DNA of 52,324 bases from Flavobacteriales bacterium (GTDB taxonomy: Bacteria; Bacteroidota; Bacteroidia; Flavobacteriales_G; NORP312). The stretch lies in NCBI GenBank assembly GCA_016763645.1, contig JAESTK010000154.1, positions 1 to 52,324 of the forward strand, written 5' to 3'. A model generated the notes under the pieces. That model was given only the letters and a program-made list of their open reading frames with translations. It was not told the DNA's origin and ran no database searches. The first letter of the stretch is position 1, and each line of letters starts with the position of its first letter. Of the stretch, positions 1 through 9,512 are shown piece by piece. The position numbers and the translations under genes were made by a program.

Positions 1-164
1 AAAAATTGAACGGTCTAGCTTTTGAATTATTTGACCAAATAATGTTATGTTTGACGTAGAGAGGGCGTTTTTTGTGGTGCAACTCAAAGGTAATTTGAGA
101 TACTTAAAATTAACTCTCTATTTTTTTAAACTTTTTTATCGTTTAGGACGGGATTGTTAAATAG

Positions 165-1958
165 CTATTTCTTAAAATAATTAAGAATAGAAATGGCCCG
201 CGATTGTCCAACAACGTGGGCTATTTCTTTTTCAGAAGCTTCTTTAACTCGTTTAACGGATTTAAATTCTCTTAATAAATCTTTCACCGTTTTTTCACCA
301 ACTCCAGGGATTGAATTAAGTTCTGTTTTTAAAGCGCCTTTCGAGCGCTTGTTTCGGTGATGTGTAATTCCGAAACGGTGTGCTTCGTTTCTAAGGTGTT
401 GAATTACTTTTAAAGACTCAGAACGCTTGTCGATATAAATAGGAACAGAATCTCCGGGGAAGTAGATTTCTTCTAGTTTTTTTGCGATGCCAACAATTCC
501 GATTTTTCCTCTTAGATTTAATTTTTCTAAAGCAGCTAAAGCAGAGCTTAATTGTCCTTTTCCACCATCTATAATAATCAACTGGGGCAATGATTTTTTT
601 TCATCCTTTAAGCGTTTATATCTTCGATAAACCACCTCTTCCATAGAAGCAAAGTCATCGGGGCCAACAACCGTTTTGATGTTAAAATGACGATATTCTC
701 GTTTAGCGGGCTTAGCGTTTTTAAACACAACACAAGCCGAGACAGCATTTGTTCCTTGAAAATTAGAATTATCGAAACATTCGATATGAACAGGCAATTC
801 TTGTAAACGCATATCTTTTTGAATTAGCTCTAGAATTCTATCCGTTCGCCTTGTTGGATTGCGTTTGACGAGTTGCTTTTCTTTTTCGAAACGAAACCGC
901 TTAGCGTTTTTTGTAGATAAATCGAGTAGTGCTTTTTTGTCCCCTCGTTGGGGAATAATAAACCGAACGGTTTTATCGAATTGCAATATTTCGAAAGGAA
1001 CGATAATCTCATGAGCGGTTAACGAAAAACGAGTTCTTAAATCCATTATCGCAAAAGCGAGAAGTTCCTCTGGCGTTTCGTCTAATCGTTTTTTTAACTC
1101 AATTGTATGTCCTTGAATTATAGCACCGTTATTTACTTTCATAAAATTTACGAATGCACTTTTTTCGTCCGTAACAATAGAATAAACTTCTACGTTTTTC
1201 ATGGTCGGGGTAACAACCACAGATTTACTTTGAAACCGCTCAACCAACTCAATTTTTTGTTTGAGCATTTCCGCCTTTTCAAATTCGAGGCTTGATGCAT
1301 GTACCAGCATTTTCTCTTTCAGCTTCTTGGTAATTCTTGGTAAATTACCTTTTATTACATCACGAACAGAATCAACAAAGTCATTGTAATCAGCTTCCGA
1401 TTGTAACCCTTCGCAAGGCGCTTGACAGTTTCCTAAATGAAATTCTAAGCATTTTTTAAACTTGCCTTTTTCTATGTTTACTTTAGATAAATTGAAATTG
1501 CAATTCCGAATTTGACTAACCGCGACTGTTAATTCCATTACGGCACGCAACATACGAACCGAAGCATAAGGACCGTAATATTCCGACCCGTCTTTAATTA
1601 CGGTTCTTGTTTTGAAAATTCTCGGAAAACGCTCTTTTTTAATGCAAATCCAAGGGTAGGTTTTACTGTCTTTAAGCTGAATGTTATACTTGGGTTGATG
1701 TTTTTTTATTAGTGAATTTTCGAGCAGCAGCGCCTCCAATTCCGAATTTGCGATAATGTATTTTACATCCGTAATTTTACGAACCAAAAAAAGTGTTTTA
1801 GTGCTGTCGTGCCTCCCTTTTACGAAATAAGAGCTAACACGTTTTTTTAGCGCCTTTGCTTTCCCAACATATATTAACACCCCATTACTATCGTAATATT
1901 GATAAATACCAGGCTCGTTTGGTAGTGCATCAATCTTCAATTTTAGTTCTGGGTTCAC
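165..1958 (-). CDS. uvrC: Excinuclease ABC subunit C (UvrC)
   Basis: 597-aa ORF. N-terminal GIY-YIG nuclease motif (GIYQYYDSNGVLIYVGKAKALKKRV) and C-terminal helix-hairpin-helix (IPGVGEKTVKDLL). TAG stop at 165-167. Confidence 0.95.
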   Translation of the reverse strand: MNPELKLKIDALPNEPGIYQYYDSNGVLIYVGKAKALKKRVSSYFVKGRHDSTKTLFLVRKITDVKYIIANSELEALLLENSLIKKHQPKYNIQLKDSKTYPWICIKKERFPRIFKTRTVIKDGSEYYGPYASVRMLRAVMELTVAVSQIRNCNFNLSKVNIEKGKFKKCLEFHLGNCQAPCEGLQSEADYNDFVDSVRDVIKGNLPRITKKLKEKMLVHASSLEFEKAEMLKQKIELVERFQSKSVVVTPTMKNVEVYSIVTDEKSAFVNFMKVNNGAIIQGHTIELKKRLDETPEELLAFAIMDLRTRFSLTAHEIIVPFEILQFDKTVRFIIPQRGDKKALLDLSTKNAKRFRFEKEKQLVKRNPTRRTDRILELIQKDMRLQELPVHIECFDNSNFQGTNAVSACVVFKNAKPAKREYRHFNIKTVVGPDDFASMEEVVYRRYKRLKDEKKSLPQLIIIDGGKGQLSSALAALEKLNLRGKIGIVGIAKKLEEIYFPGDSVPIYIDKRSESLKVIQHLRNEAHRFGITHHRNKRSKGALKTELNSIPGVGEKTVKDLLREFKSVKRVKEASEKEIAHVVGQSRAISILNYFKK

Positions 1959-1991
1959 GTTTCAAAGAAACACTATTCAGTTGGAATTGGC

Positions 1992-1999
1992 TATATTTG
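1992..1999 (+). promoter_or_regulatory. Bacteroidota-type -7 promoter box TATATTTG
   Basis: Exact match to TAnnTTTG, 6 nt upstream of the ATG at 2006. Confidence 0.4.
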
Positions 2000-2005
2000 T
2001 ATAGA

Positions 2006-2422
2006 ATGAATAACATATTTAGGTTCTGTTTAGTTTTGTTGCTATCAATGCCAGTTGGAATCTGTGCTCAAGAGTATTTTCCGTTCCCTTCAGATAGCGC
2101 TAGATGGAATGTGGAATTTAGCTGTGCCGCTACGGTATGGGAGCCGGAACCGGAGTGTACAACAAGCCATTTTGCCCTTGTTGGTGATACGCTTATTGAC
2201 GGAATTGAATACGCTAAACTTTATGGCGATTATGGCCCGTTTGGGGGCTTGTTGCAAGACTCTTCGTTTGCCTATGAAAATTCGACTTATGAAGGGGCGG
2301 TGAGGGAAGATTCTGTAAAAAAAGTATGGTTTGTTGCGGCTACAGAGACTTTAGAATTTCTTTACTATGACTTTGCATTGGATGGTGGTGATACGTTTTG
2401 TCTATTAAGCCAATATTGCTGA
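2006..2422 (+). CDS. Hypothetical secreted protein, probably a truncated or decayed gene
   Basis: The ATG at 2006 gives signal peptide MNNIFRFCLVLLLSMPVGICAQ. The ORF-track start at 1856 overlaps uvrC and is not used. The ORF stops abruptly, and coding-like sequence continues for about 26 codons in another frame. Confidence 0.4.
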   Translation: MNNIFRFCLVLLLSMPVGICAQEYFPFPSDSARWNVEFSCAATVWEPEPECTTSHFALVGDTLIDGIEYAKLYGDYGPFGGLLQDSSFAYENSTYEGAVREDSVKKVWFVAATETLEFLYYDFALDGGDTFCLLSQYC

Positions 2423-2658
2423 AAACCAAGCAGATAAAATTTATAGCTATGGTTTAGAAATGAATATCGGGCTGGGTTTAATTAGATAGTTGTTCTTTCT
2501 GGTTGGAGAATAATCGATAAACCGAGCAACAAAACTTTTCGAAGTTAATTAGCAAAAAGAAGACAGTAAAATCTTCCTAGGTACACCGCCCTCCTCGTCA
2601 ATCAAATATTTTTCTGCAGTTTTTCCTGTCTTCAATAAGCTCCCGGCCTCTTTTGGAG

Positions 2659-4545
2659 TTAGTTTAACCCCCTTATAACAAAGGGAATTTTAAAATCGCA
2701 TCCGTTTTTATATTCCAAACAACCCCAAGCGGTTTTACCTGTTGCGATAAGTCCTTTTTTGCACTTAGGACAAGTAGGGGGAGCGGATTTTTGTCTATTT
2801 AATATTACATCCGCAACCAACTCGGTTACCATTTGGTTGAGCTCAGCTTTAAAGGTATTTGTATCTAACGTTCCTTTTTCGATGTTTCTTAGTTTCTTTT
2901 CCCAAAGCCCAGTTAGTTCGGCAGACTTAAGCAAGTCAGAGCTAATTTTTCCTATTAGGTCAATTCCTGTCGGTGTGGCTACAATTCTCTTTTTCTGACG
3001 TTCGATGTATTTCCTTCTGAACAATGTTTCAATAATGTTTGCCCGAGTAGAGGGGCGACCGATGCCGTTTTCCTTCATGAGCTCCCTTAAATCATCATCA
3101 TCAACTTGTTTTCCAGCCGTTTCCATTGCCCGAAGCAAAGATGCTTCTGAATAAAATTTAGGTGGGGCAGTATGCTTCTCTTGAAGCTGAGGTTTGTGAG
3201 TTCCCCGTTCTCCTTTTTCGAATGAGGGCATAACATCATCTCCTGTCGTGTTATCTCCTTTTGATTGGTAAAGTTCTCTCCAGCCCGGGTCTAGAATTTG
3301 CTTACCAGTAGCTTTAAATTTCAACACATCTACTAACCCAACAACTGTTGTGTTGCTCACCTTGCAGTCAGGGAAAAAGACGGAAATGAACCGCCTCGAA
3401 ATCATATCGTAAACCTTTTTTTCATCCAGAGTTAGGCTGCTTGGGTATTGCCCTGTTGGGATAATGGCGTGGTGATCGGTTACTTTTTTATTGTCGAAAA
3501 CCTTTTTCGATTTACGAATTTTCTTTCCAAGAATTTTGTCTGTAAACTGTTTATAAGGAGTCAGTTTTTCGAGAATTCCTTTGATTTTCGGGTAAATATC
3601 ATCTGACAAATAATTTGTATCGACTCTTGGGTAAGTAACCAATTTTTTCTCGTAAAGTTTTTGGACCAAATTCAAGGTGTTTTCAGCAGACAAGCCAAAT
3701 TTCTTATTGCACTCTACTTGAATTGAGGTAAGGTCAAATAGTTTTGGCGGAAGCTCTTTTCCTTCTTTTTGTTCGTAAGAGTCGACAATAAATTCGGAAC
3801 CATGAATGGATTGAATTAACTCCTCACCCTTTTCTTTTGTTTTAATTTTCCCTTTCGTGCAAGAAAAAAGAACATCGCGATAAACAGTTTTTAATTCGAA
3901 GTATGTTTCGGAGACAAAACTCTCAATCTCATGATGACGATCAACAATCATTGCCAATGTGGGTGTTTGGACTCGCCCCACGGAAAGCACTTGCCCTTTT
4001 CCTCCAAATTTTAAAGTAAACAGCCTTGTCGCATTCATGCCGAGCATCCAATCACCAACCGCGCGACACATTCCTGCGGCATATAAACGGTCGTAGTCTT
4101 CGCCCGGCTTAAGGTTGTTAAACCCCTCTTTTATTGCTTCTTCAGTTAACGAGGAAATCCATAAACGAGATAGCGGTTTGGTTGATTTTGCTAATGAAAG
4201 TACCCATCGCTGAATCAGTTCGCCTTCTTGACCAGCATCACCGCAGTTTATAACTTCATCACATTGTTGAACTAATTTTTCAATGGTTTTGAACTGCTTT
4301 TTTACGCCCTTGTTGTTTTTTAGTTTAATTCCAAATTTGGCAGGAATCATCGGTAACGACTCTAACGACCATTGTTTCCAAAATGCATCATAATCATTAG
4401 GTTCTTTTAGTGTACAGAGATGTCCGAAAGTCCAAGAGACCCAATAACCGTTCCCTTCATAATAACCGTCTTTTCGTGTTCCCGCTCCAAGAATATGGGC
4501 GATATCTTTAGCTACACTAGGTTTTTCGGCAATACACAGTTTCAC
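2659..4545 (-). CDS. topB: DNA topoisomerase III (type IA)
   Basis: Toprim N-terminus KLCIAEKPSVAKDIAHILG, a long type IA core, and a C-terminal Cys4 zinc ribbon (CPKCKKG...GCLEYKNGC). The likely start is GTG at 4545 (MKLCIAEK), preceded by TACATTCG. The outer ORF limit is a TTG at 4569. Confidence 0.9.
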   Translation of the reverse strand: MKLCIAEKPSVAKDIAHILGAGTRKDGYYEGNGYWVSWTFGHLCTLKEPNDYDAFWKQWSLESLPMIPAKFGIKLKNNKGVKKQFKTIEKLVQQCDEVINCGDAGQEGELIQRWVLSLAKSTKPLSRLWISSLTEEAIKEGFNNLKPGEDYDRLYAAGMCRAVGDWMLGMNATRLFTLKFGGKGQVLSVGRVQTPTLAMIVDRHHEIESFVSETYFELKTVYRDVLFSCTKGKIKTKEKGEELIQSIHGSEFIVDSYEQKEGKELPPKLFDLTSIQVECNKKFGLSAENTLNLVQKLYEKKLVTYPRVDTNYLSDDIYPKIKGILEKLTPYKQFTDKILGKKIRKSKKVFDNKKVTDHHAIIPTGQYPSSLTLDEKKVYDMISRRFISVFFPDCKVSNTTVVGLVDVLKFKATGKQILDPGWRELYQSKGDNTTGDDVMPSFEKGERGTHKPQLQEKHTAPPKFYSEASLLRAMETAGKQVDDDDLRELMKENGIGRPSTRANIIETLFRRKYIERQKKRIVATPTGIDLIGKISSDLLKSAELTGLWEKKLRNIEKGTLDTNTFKAELNQMVTELVADVILNRQKSAPPTCPKCKKGLIATGKTAWGCLEYKNGCDFKIPFVIRGLN

Positions 4546-4624
4546 GTTTACGAATGTAGTTATTATCAAAACCTTTCAACCTGATAAACCAACCAACTTT
4601 TAACTAATAACTATATTCGCACGA

Positions 4625-6073
4625 ATGTTAAGAACCATGGAAGTAAGAGATTTAGAGCCAAAGCAAGTTTGGAAGAACTTTTCAGATTTAAACGATGTTC
4701 CAAGACCATCAAAAAAAGAGGAGAGAGTAATTGAATTTGCTAAAAACTTTGGCAAGAACTTAGGCTTAGAAACGTACATTGACCCTGTTGGAAATGTAAT
4801 CATCAAAAAGCCTTCATCAGCAGGAATGGAGAATAGAAAAACAGTTATTCTCCAGTCTCATTTAGATATGGTTCATCAAAAAAATGCAGACACTAACTTT
4901 GATTTCGATACTCAAGGAATCGAGATGTTGATTGATGATGGCTGGGTAACAGCGAACGGGACAACTTTAGGTGCGGATAACGGAATGGGCGTTGCGGCTA
5001 TTATGAGTTTATTAGAGTCGAAAGATATTCCTCACCCGGCACTAGAGGCCCTTTTTACGATTGACGAAGAGACCGGAATGACAGGCGCTTTTGGTCTAGA
5101 GAAAGGTATTTTGAAGGGTCAAATCTTATTGAATCTCGACACCGAAGATGATGATGAGTTTTCGATTGGTTGCGCAGGAGGAATTGATACAAACACGAAG
5201 TATAAATACAAAACCGAATCAGCAACAGGAAAGGCATATAAAATTTCCGTAAGCGGATTAAGAGGAGGACATTCGGGAATGGATATTCACCTAGGCAGGG
5301 GAAATGCCAATAAAATTATGAATCGCTTAACGTGGAACTGCCAAGACTTTGGGTTGAGATTTTCAGAAATTAACGGAGGAAGCTTACGCAACGCCATTCC
5401 TAGAGAATCGTTTGCAACCATTACTATTAATAGTGACACATACCTTCAAGAGTTTGAAAAACGTGCTTCCGAAATAAAGGCAGAACAAAAATTAGCCGAC
5501 CCTAACATTCAAATCACAATTGAACCTGCAGAAATGCCTGAATTGGTTATGTGTGCCAATGATGTGTATAAGATTGGAAAGGCGATTAGAAGCGTTCATA
5601 ACGGAGTTTATAGAATGAGTTTGGCAATTCCAGCCTTAGTAGAAACTTCTTCTTCTTTGTCTAGGGTAATCGTAAAAGAGGGAGAGTTTGTCACACAGAG
5701 CTTACAGCGCAGTTCGGTTGATTCTGCTAAAATGGATATCGCATATACGGTGGGTTCTGCTTTTGGATTGATGGGTTGTGAAGTTGAACACACTGGTTCA
5801 TACCCCGGATGGGAGCCAAATCCTAATTCAGAAATTTTGGATTTGATGGTCGATAAATACAAAATCACTTTTAATGAAGACCCAAAAGTTCAATCATGCC
5901 ATGCTGGTTTGGAATGTGGAATATTAGGAGAAAAACTACCAGGTGTTGATATGATTTCTTTTGGTCCAACAATTAGAAACCCTCACTCTCCAGACGAAAA
6001 AGTAAAGATTGATACTGTCCAAAAATTTTGGGACTTCTTGGTTGATGTTTTGAAGGATACACCTTTAAAATAA
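4625..6073 (+). CDS. pepD: Aminoacyl-histidine (Xaa-His) dipeptidase, M20C family
   Basis: 482 aa. N-terminal LEPKQVWKNFSDLNDVPRPSKKE is typical of PepD. Metal-site motifs QSHLDMV and FTIDEETGMTGA are present. Confidence 0.9.
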   Translation: MLRTMEVRDLEPKQVWKNFSDLNDVPRPSKKEERVIEFAKNFGKNLGLETYIDPVGNVIIKKPSSAGMENRKTVILQSHLDMVHQKNADTNFDFDTQGIEMLIDDGWVTANGTTLGADNGMGVAAIMSLLESKDIPHPALEALFTIDEETGMTGAFGLEKGILKGQILLNLDTEDDDEFSIGCAGGIDTNTKYKYKTESATGKAYKISVSGLRGGHSGMDIHLGRGNANKIMNRLTWNCQDFGLRFSEINGGSLRNAIPRESFATITINSDTYLQEFEKRASEIKAEQKLADPNIQITIEPAEMPELVMCANDVYKIGKAIRSVHNGVYRMSLAIPALVETSSSLSRVIVKEGEFVTQSLQRSSVDSAKMDIAYTVGSAFGLMGCEVEHTGSYPGWEPNPNSEILDLMVDKYKITFNEDPKVQSCHAGLECGILGEKLPGVDMISFGPTIRNPHSPDEKVKIDTVQKFWDFLVDVLKDTPLK

Positions 6074-6075
6074 AG

Positions 6076-6978
6076 GTGGAAGTATTTCAAATACCTTCCC
6101 CTCTTCAGCAAATTTACCATCCTGTTTTTAAGGAAAAAGAAATTAAGTTTTACGTTAAGCGAGATGATTTAATTCACTCCGAAATTTCAGGAAACAAATG
6201 GCGAAAACTCAAATATAATTTAGAGGAGGCAAGAAGTCAAGACATTGATGCCATTTTAACTTTTGGCGGAGCTTTTTCAAATCATATTGCCGCTACCGCA
6301 GCTGTAGGAAAAAAAGAAGGATTTAAAACAATTGGCATTATTCGAGGAGAAGAAACTTCAAAAAACAATTCAACTTTAAGTTTGGCAAAACAAAGTGGAA
6401 TGCGCCTCCATTTTGTTTCAAGGGAAGACTATAAGCTAAAAGACACCTCAGAATATCTGGAAAAGCTCAGCCGACAGTTTGGTGATGTTTATATCATTCC
6501 CGAAGGGGGGGCGAACACTGTGGGCGTAAAAGGAAGCGAAGAAATTGGTAAAGAAATAGACATTGATTTCCACTATGTCTGTTGCAGTTTAGGAACAGGA
6601 ACAACCTTTTCTGGCATTGTGAACAGCATAGAGAAAAACCAGTATGCAATCGGGTTTTCTGCCCTTAAGGGCGAGGATAAATTAACGGAAGTTGTTCAAC
6701 AGTTCGAAAAAGTCAAAAGAAATAACTGGCATATTTCATTTGAATATCACTTTGGCGGCTATGCCAGACGAAGTGTAGAAATTGAAGATTTTATCAAATC
6801 GTTTAGGGCCGAAACGGGAATTCCGCTTGACCCAATTTACACTGGTAAAATGGCTTTTGGCATTGTTGATTTAGCAAAGAAGGACTACTTTAAAAGAGGG
6901 TCAACAGTAATTATGGTACACACCGGGGGGTTACAAGGAATTGAAGGATATAACAATCGTTACGGAGCAAGTTTGTAA
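6076..6978 (+). CDS. PLP-dependent ACC deaminase / D-cysteine desulfhydrase family protein
   Basis: 300 aa with the SGNKWRKLKYNL PLP-lysine motif and a Gly-rich TGGLQG loop. GTG start 3 nt after the pepD stop. Confidence 0.8.
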   Translation: MEVFQIPSPLQQIYHPVFKEKEIKFYVKRDDLIHSEISGNKWRKLKYNLEEARSQDIDAILTFGGAFSNHIAATAAVGKKEGFKTIGIIRGEETSKNNSTLSLAKQSGMRLHFVSREDYKLKDTSEYLEKLSRQFGDVYIIPEGGANTVGVKGSEEIGKEIDIDFHYVCCSLGTGTTFSGIVNSIEKNQYAIGFSALKGEDKLTEVVQQFEKVKRNNWHISFEYHFGGYARRSVEIEDFIKSFRAETGIPLDPIYTGKMAFGIVDLAKKDYFKRGSTVIMVHTGGLQGIEGYNNRYGASL

Positions 6979-7039
6979 TCAATAAAACGCTTAACTTCTT
7001 TTGTGCCTTTGCTCTCCGCCAACTTCTTTTAAATAGTTT

Positions 7040-7047
7040 TACATTTG
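7040..7047 (+). promoter_or_regulatory. -7 promoter box TACATTTG
   Basis: Exact TAnnTTTG, 30 nt upstream of the ATG at 7077. Confidence 0.45.
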
Positions 7048-7076
7048 ACGCTAAATTTCATTTATAATTTTAAAAA

Positions 7077-7919
7077 ATGAGCAGTTTGTTACTCAGTTAT
7101 CTTAGGTACTTTCCTTTAGATTTATTTAAAAACAGGTTAATCAAGTTTATTAATCTTTCTAAGTACGAAAGGTTTTTGAAGTACACAAATAAGCAAGGAG
7201 TTACTTATAACCTTGATTTAGAAGAGTACCAAATGAAACAAATTTTTTTTTATGATTTTTATGAGAAAAACACGATCAGACATTTATTAAGCTTACTTAG
7301 TAAAACTAAAAACAAACCACTCACCTGCGTTGATGTTGGAACAAATATTGGGTTTTACACATTTACGATCGATAAAGCGCTAGAGGGAGTTGAACATCAC
7401 ATTCATTGTTTTGAGCCAAATCCTTCAACGTTCGAAACCTTGACAAAAAACCTAACATCAAACCCATCAAACCAGATAACGTTAAACCCATTTGGACTAT
7501 CAGACAAAGAAGGAACTTTTACATTAACGTATAACTTGCAAAATACGGGAACAGCGAGCATATATAAAAACTCCAAATCGGGCAATAAGGTAGAGATAAA
7601 GGTAAAGACGCTTGATCAATATTGTGAGGAAAAAAACATCAAAAACGTAGATTTAATTAAGGTTGATATCGAAGGAGCTGAATTCGATTTTCTTAAAGGG
7701 GCGAAAAAAATTATCGATAACTCCAACGAGTTAATTATAATTATGGAAATCGTAGAAGATAATTGTATTGCGGCAGGCTACACAGCAAAAGAGATCTATC
7801 AGTATGTTATAAACCTGGGGTTTAAGGCGTATCTTCCGAAGAGTTGGCCATTTGGTTTAAGACGGGTAGACGAGTTACCTGATAACTATCACGATAATAT
7901 CGTTTTTATTAAAAGCTAA
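7077..7919 (+). CDS. FkbM-family SAM-dependent methyltransferase
   Basis: 280 aa with VDVGTNIGFYT (SAM motif I), FEPNPSTFETL and LIKVDIEGAEFDFLKGA, all typical of FkbM-type methyltransferases. Confidence 0.8.
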   Translation: MSSLLLSYLRYFPLDLFKNRLIKFINLSKYERFLKYTNKQGVTYNLDLEEYQMKQIFFYDFYEKNTIRHLLSLLSKTKNKPLTCVDVGTNIGFYTFTIDKALEGVEHHIHCFEPNPSTFETLTKNLTSNPSNQITLNPFGLSDKEGTFTLTYNLQNTGTASIYKNSKSGNKVEIKVKTLDQYCEEKNIKNVDLIKVDIEGAEFDFLKGAKKIIDNSNELIIIMEIVEDNCIAAGYTAKEIYQYVINLGFKAYLPKSWPFGLRRVDELPDNYHDNIVFIKS

Positions 7920-8037
7920 CGAAGCTGTTTTTAAAAGAGCCGCGATTCTCGGTTTCGATAAACAAGCATACAATCTTTTTAAAAATTGATTGTGAATAAC
8001 GTTTTCAGGGGGAGCATTAACTTATTCTCTTCGCAAT

Positions 8038-8045
8038 TACATTTG
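8038..8045 (+). promoter_or_regulatory. -7 promoter box TACATTTG
   Basis: Exact TAnnTTTG, 6 nt upstream of the ATG at 8052. Confidence 0.45.
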
Positions 8046-8051
8046 CTTCGC

Positions 8052-8981
8052 ATGAAAAATTTCGTACTCATATCATTCATTTTTTTAACAGCGACAAGTT
8101 ATTCTCAGCCAGCTGAGCGCATACAATCTAGGGCTGAATATATTGAATTATACAAAGACGAGGCAATCCGAGAAATGCTAGTAAATGGTATTCCAGCAAG
8201 TATAACGCTAGCTCAGGGAATCTTAGAAAGTGATAACGGAAATAGCGCTTTAGCTAAATATGCGAACAATCATTTCGGCATTAAATGTCATAACGGGTGG
8301 AACGGTCCAACCTTTTACCAAGACGATGATACGGCAGACGAATGTTTTAGAAAGTATTATTCAGCGTATCGTTCGTACAAGGATCACTCGGAATTTTTAA
8401 GAACAAGAACACGATACGCCTTCCTTTTTAATTATAAAGCGAGCGACTATAAAAACTGGGCAAAAGGATTGAAAAAGGCTGGATATGCAACCAATCCGAA
8501 ATATGCGAACTTGTTAATTAAGCTTATCGAGGACAATAATTTAAGCCAATACGACAAGGTTCGAAAAATGCCATCGATTGATAAAAAAGCAAAGCAAAAA
8601 GAAGTTAAAACAATCGAAAAAATACCTGAAAAAGAACCTAAACCATTAGTACAATTTCATGAAAATAAAATCAAGTTTGTAATAGCAAAACACGGAGACA
8701 GCTATTACAAAATAGCGAAAGAAAACGAAATGGGGCTATGGCAAATCATGAAATACAATGAGCGAGAAAAGGACCAGAAGCCCAAGGCGGGCGATATCGT
8801 TTATCTGCAGCCAAAGAAAAACAAATCGAAGAAAGACATTCACTCCGCAAGAAAAGGCGAAACCATGTGGGAAATATCTCAAATTTATGGGGTAAAACTT
8901 GAAAAACTCTGCCAGTACAATAATAAAAAGGCAGATTACCGCCCATTTACCAGTGAGCAGATTTACCTAAGAAAACAGTAG
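8052..8981 (+). CDS. Secreted N-acetylglucosaminidase (FlgJ-like) with two LysM repeats
   Basis: Signal peptide from the ATG at 8052 (MKNFVLISFIFLTATSYSQ). Glucosaminidase core ITLAQGILESDNGNSALAKYANNHFGIKC. C-terminal LysM-like segments YYKIAKENEMGLWQIMKYN and MWEISQIYGVKLEKLCQYNN. Confidence 0.85.
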   Translation: MKNFVLISFIFLTATSYSQPAERIQSRAEYIELYKDEAIREMLVNGIPASITLAQGILESDNGNSALAKYANNHFGIKCHNGWNGPTFYQDDDTADECFRKYYSAYRSYKDHSEFLRTRTRYAFLFNYKASDYKNWAKGLKKAGYATNPKYANLLIKLIEDNNLSQYDKVRKMPSIDKKAKQKEVKTIEKIPEKEPKPLVQFHENKIKFVIAKHGDSYYKIAKENEMGLWQIMKYNEREKDQKPKAGDIVYLQPKKNKSKKDIHSARKGETMWEISQIYGVKLEKLCQYNNKKADYRPFTSEQIYLRKQ

Positions 8982-9256
8982 CGCGCACGAGCCGTGCACA
9001 CTATTAATTCAAGGCCGCTGCATAACATGGAAAAAATGGCCATATTGACCACCCCTTATCGGTGGAAACGGACCACCTAAATTTGCTGGCGAAGATTTGT
9101 AATTATTAGCCATTATTATTGTCCAAATTTAGTGATTTATTTAGTCTGATGAATTCCTCGATGGCTCTGCCTCGGGGTAGTTCATTTTCAAACGGACATA
9201 ATAGCTAATAAATAATCTTCTTTTTTAGGCGCTCACTTTAGACCGTTTTTTCCACC

Positions 9257-9355
9257 ATGCAAGAGCAATACGAAAAACCTACCGAAACATTCCAAAACTG
9301 GAAAGGTGACCTCGAACAAGTTGACGATGTCTGTGTTATAGGCGCTAGAGTCTAA
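9257..9355 (+). pseudogene. C-terminal remnant of a SpoIIE/PP2C-type sensor phosphatase
   Basis: A 32-codon frame, MQEQYEKPTETFQNWKGDLEQVDDVCVIGARV*, matches the characteristic C-terminus of Bacteroidota SpoIIE-domain proteins (W-x-G...Q-x-DD-x-x-VIG-x-R-I/V). There is a stop 6 codons upstream and no catalytic domain. A 7-bp hairpin follows at 9360-9378. Confidence 0.45.
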
Positions 9356-9512
9356 CGTTCCCCTTTGGAGAAAGGGGTTAGGGGAATTGACCTCACATCT
9401 GTTAATACCTAAGCCAGTTTATGCTGAGTCAGCCGAAGTAAAGGGTGTTTGGGGCGAGGGTTTAAACAGCACCTGAACGCACTGTACTTTTTCAAAGTAA
9501 GCGAAGCAGTAT

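Noticed and set aside
1856-2005. N-terminal extension of the 2006-2422 ORF
   Set aside because: It overlaps the uvrC 5' end on the opposite strand and precedes a well-formed signal peptide. It also contains the -7 box that should lie upstream of the start.
8982-9512. Structured RNA gene (tmRNA, RNase P RNA, SRP RNA) in the large gap
   Set aside because: I could not find the conserved cores: no GGAAAGTCC-type RNase P motif, no tag reading frame ending in ALAA with a tRNA-like 3' end, and no SRP domain IV motif.
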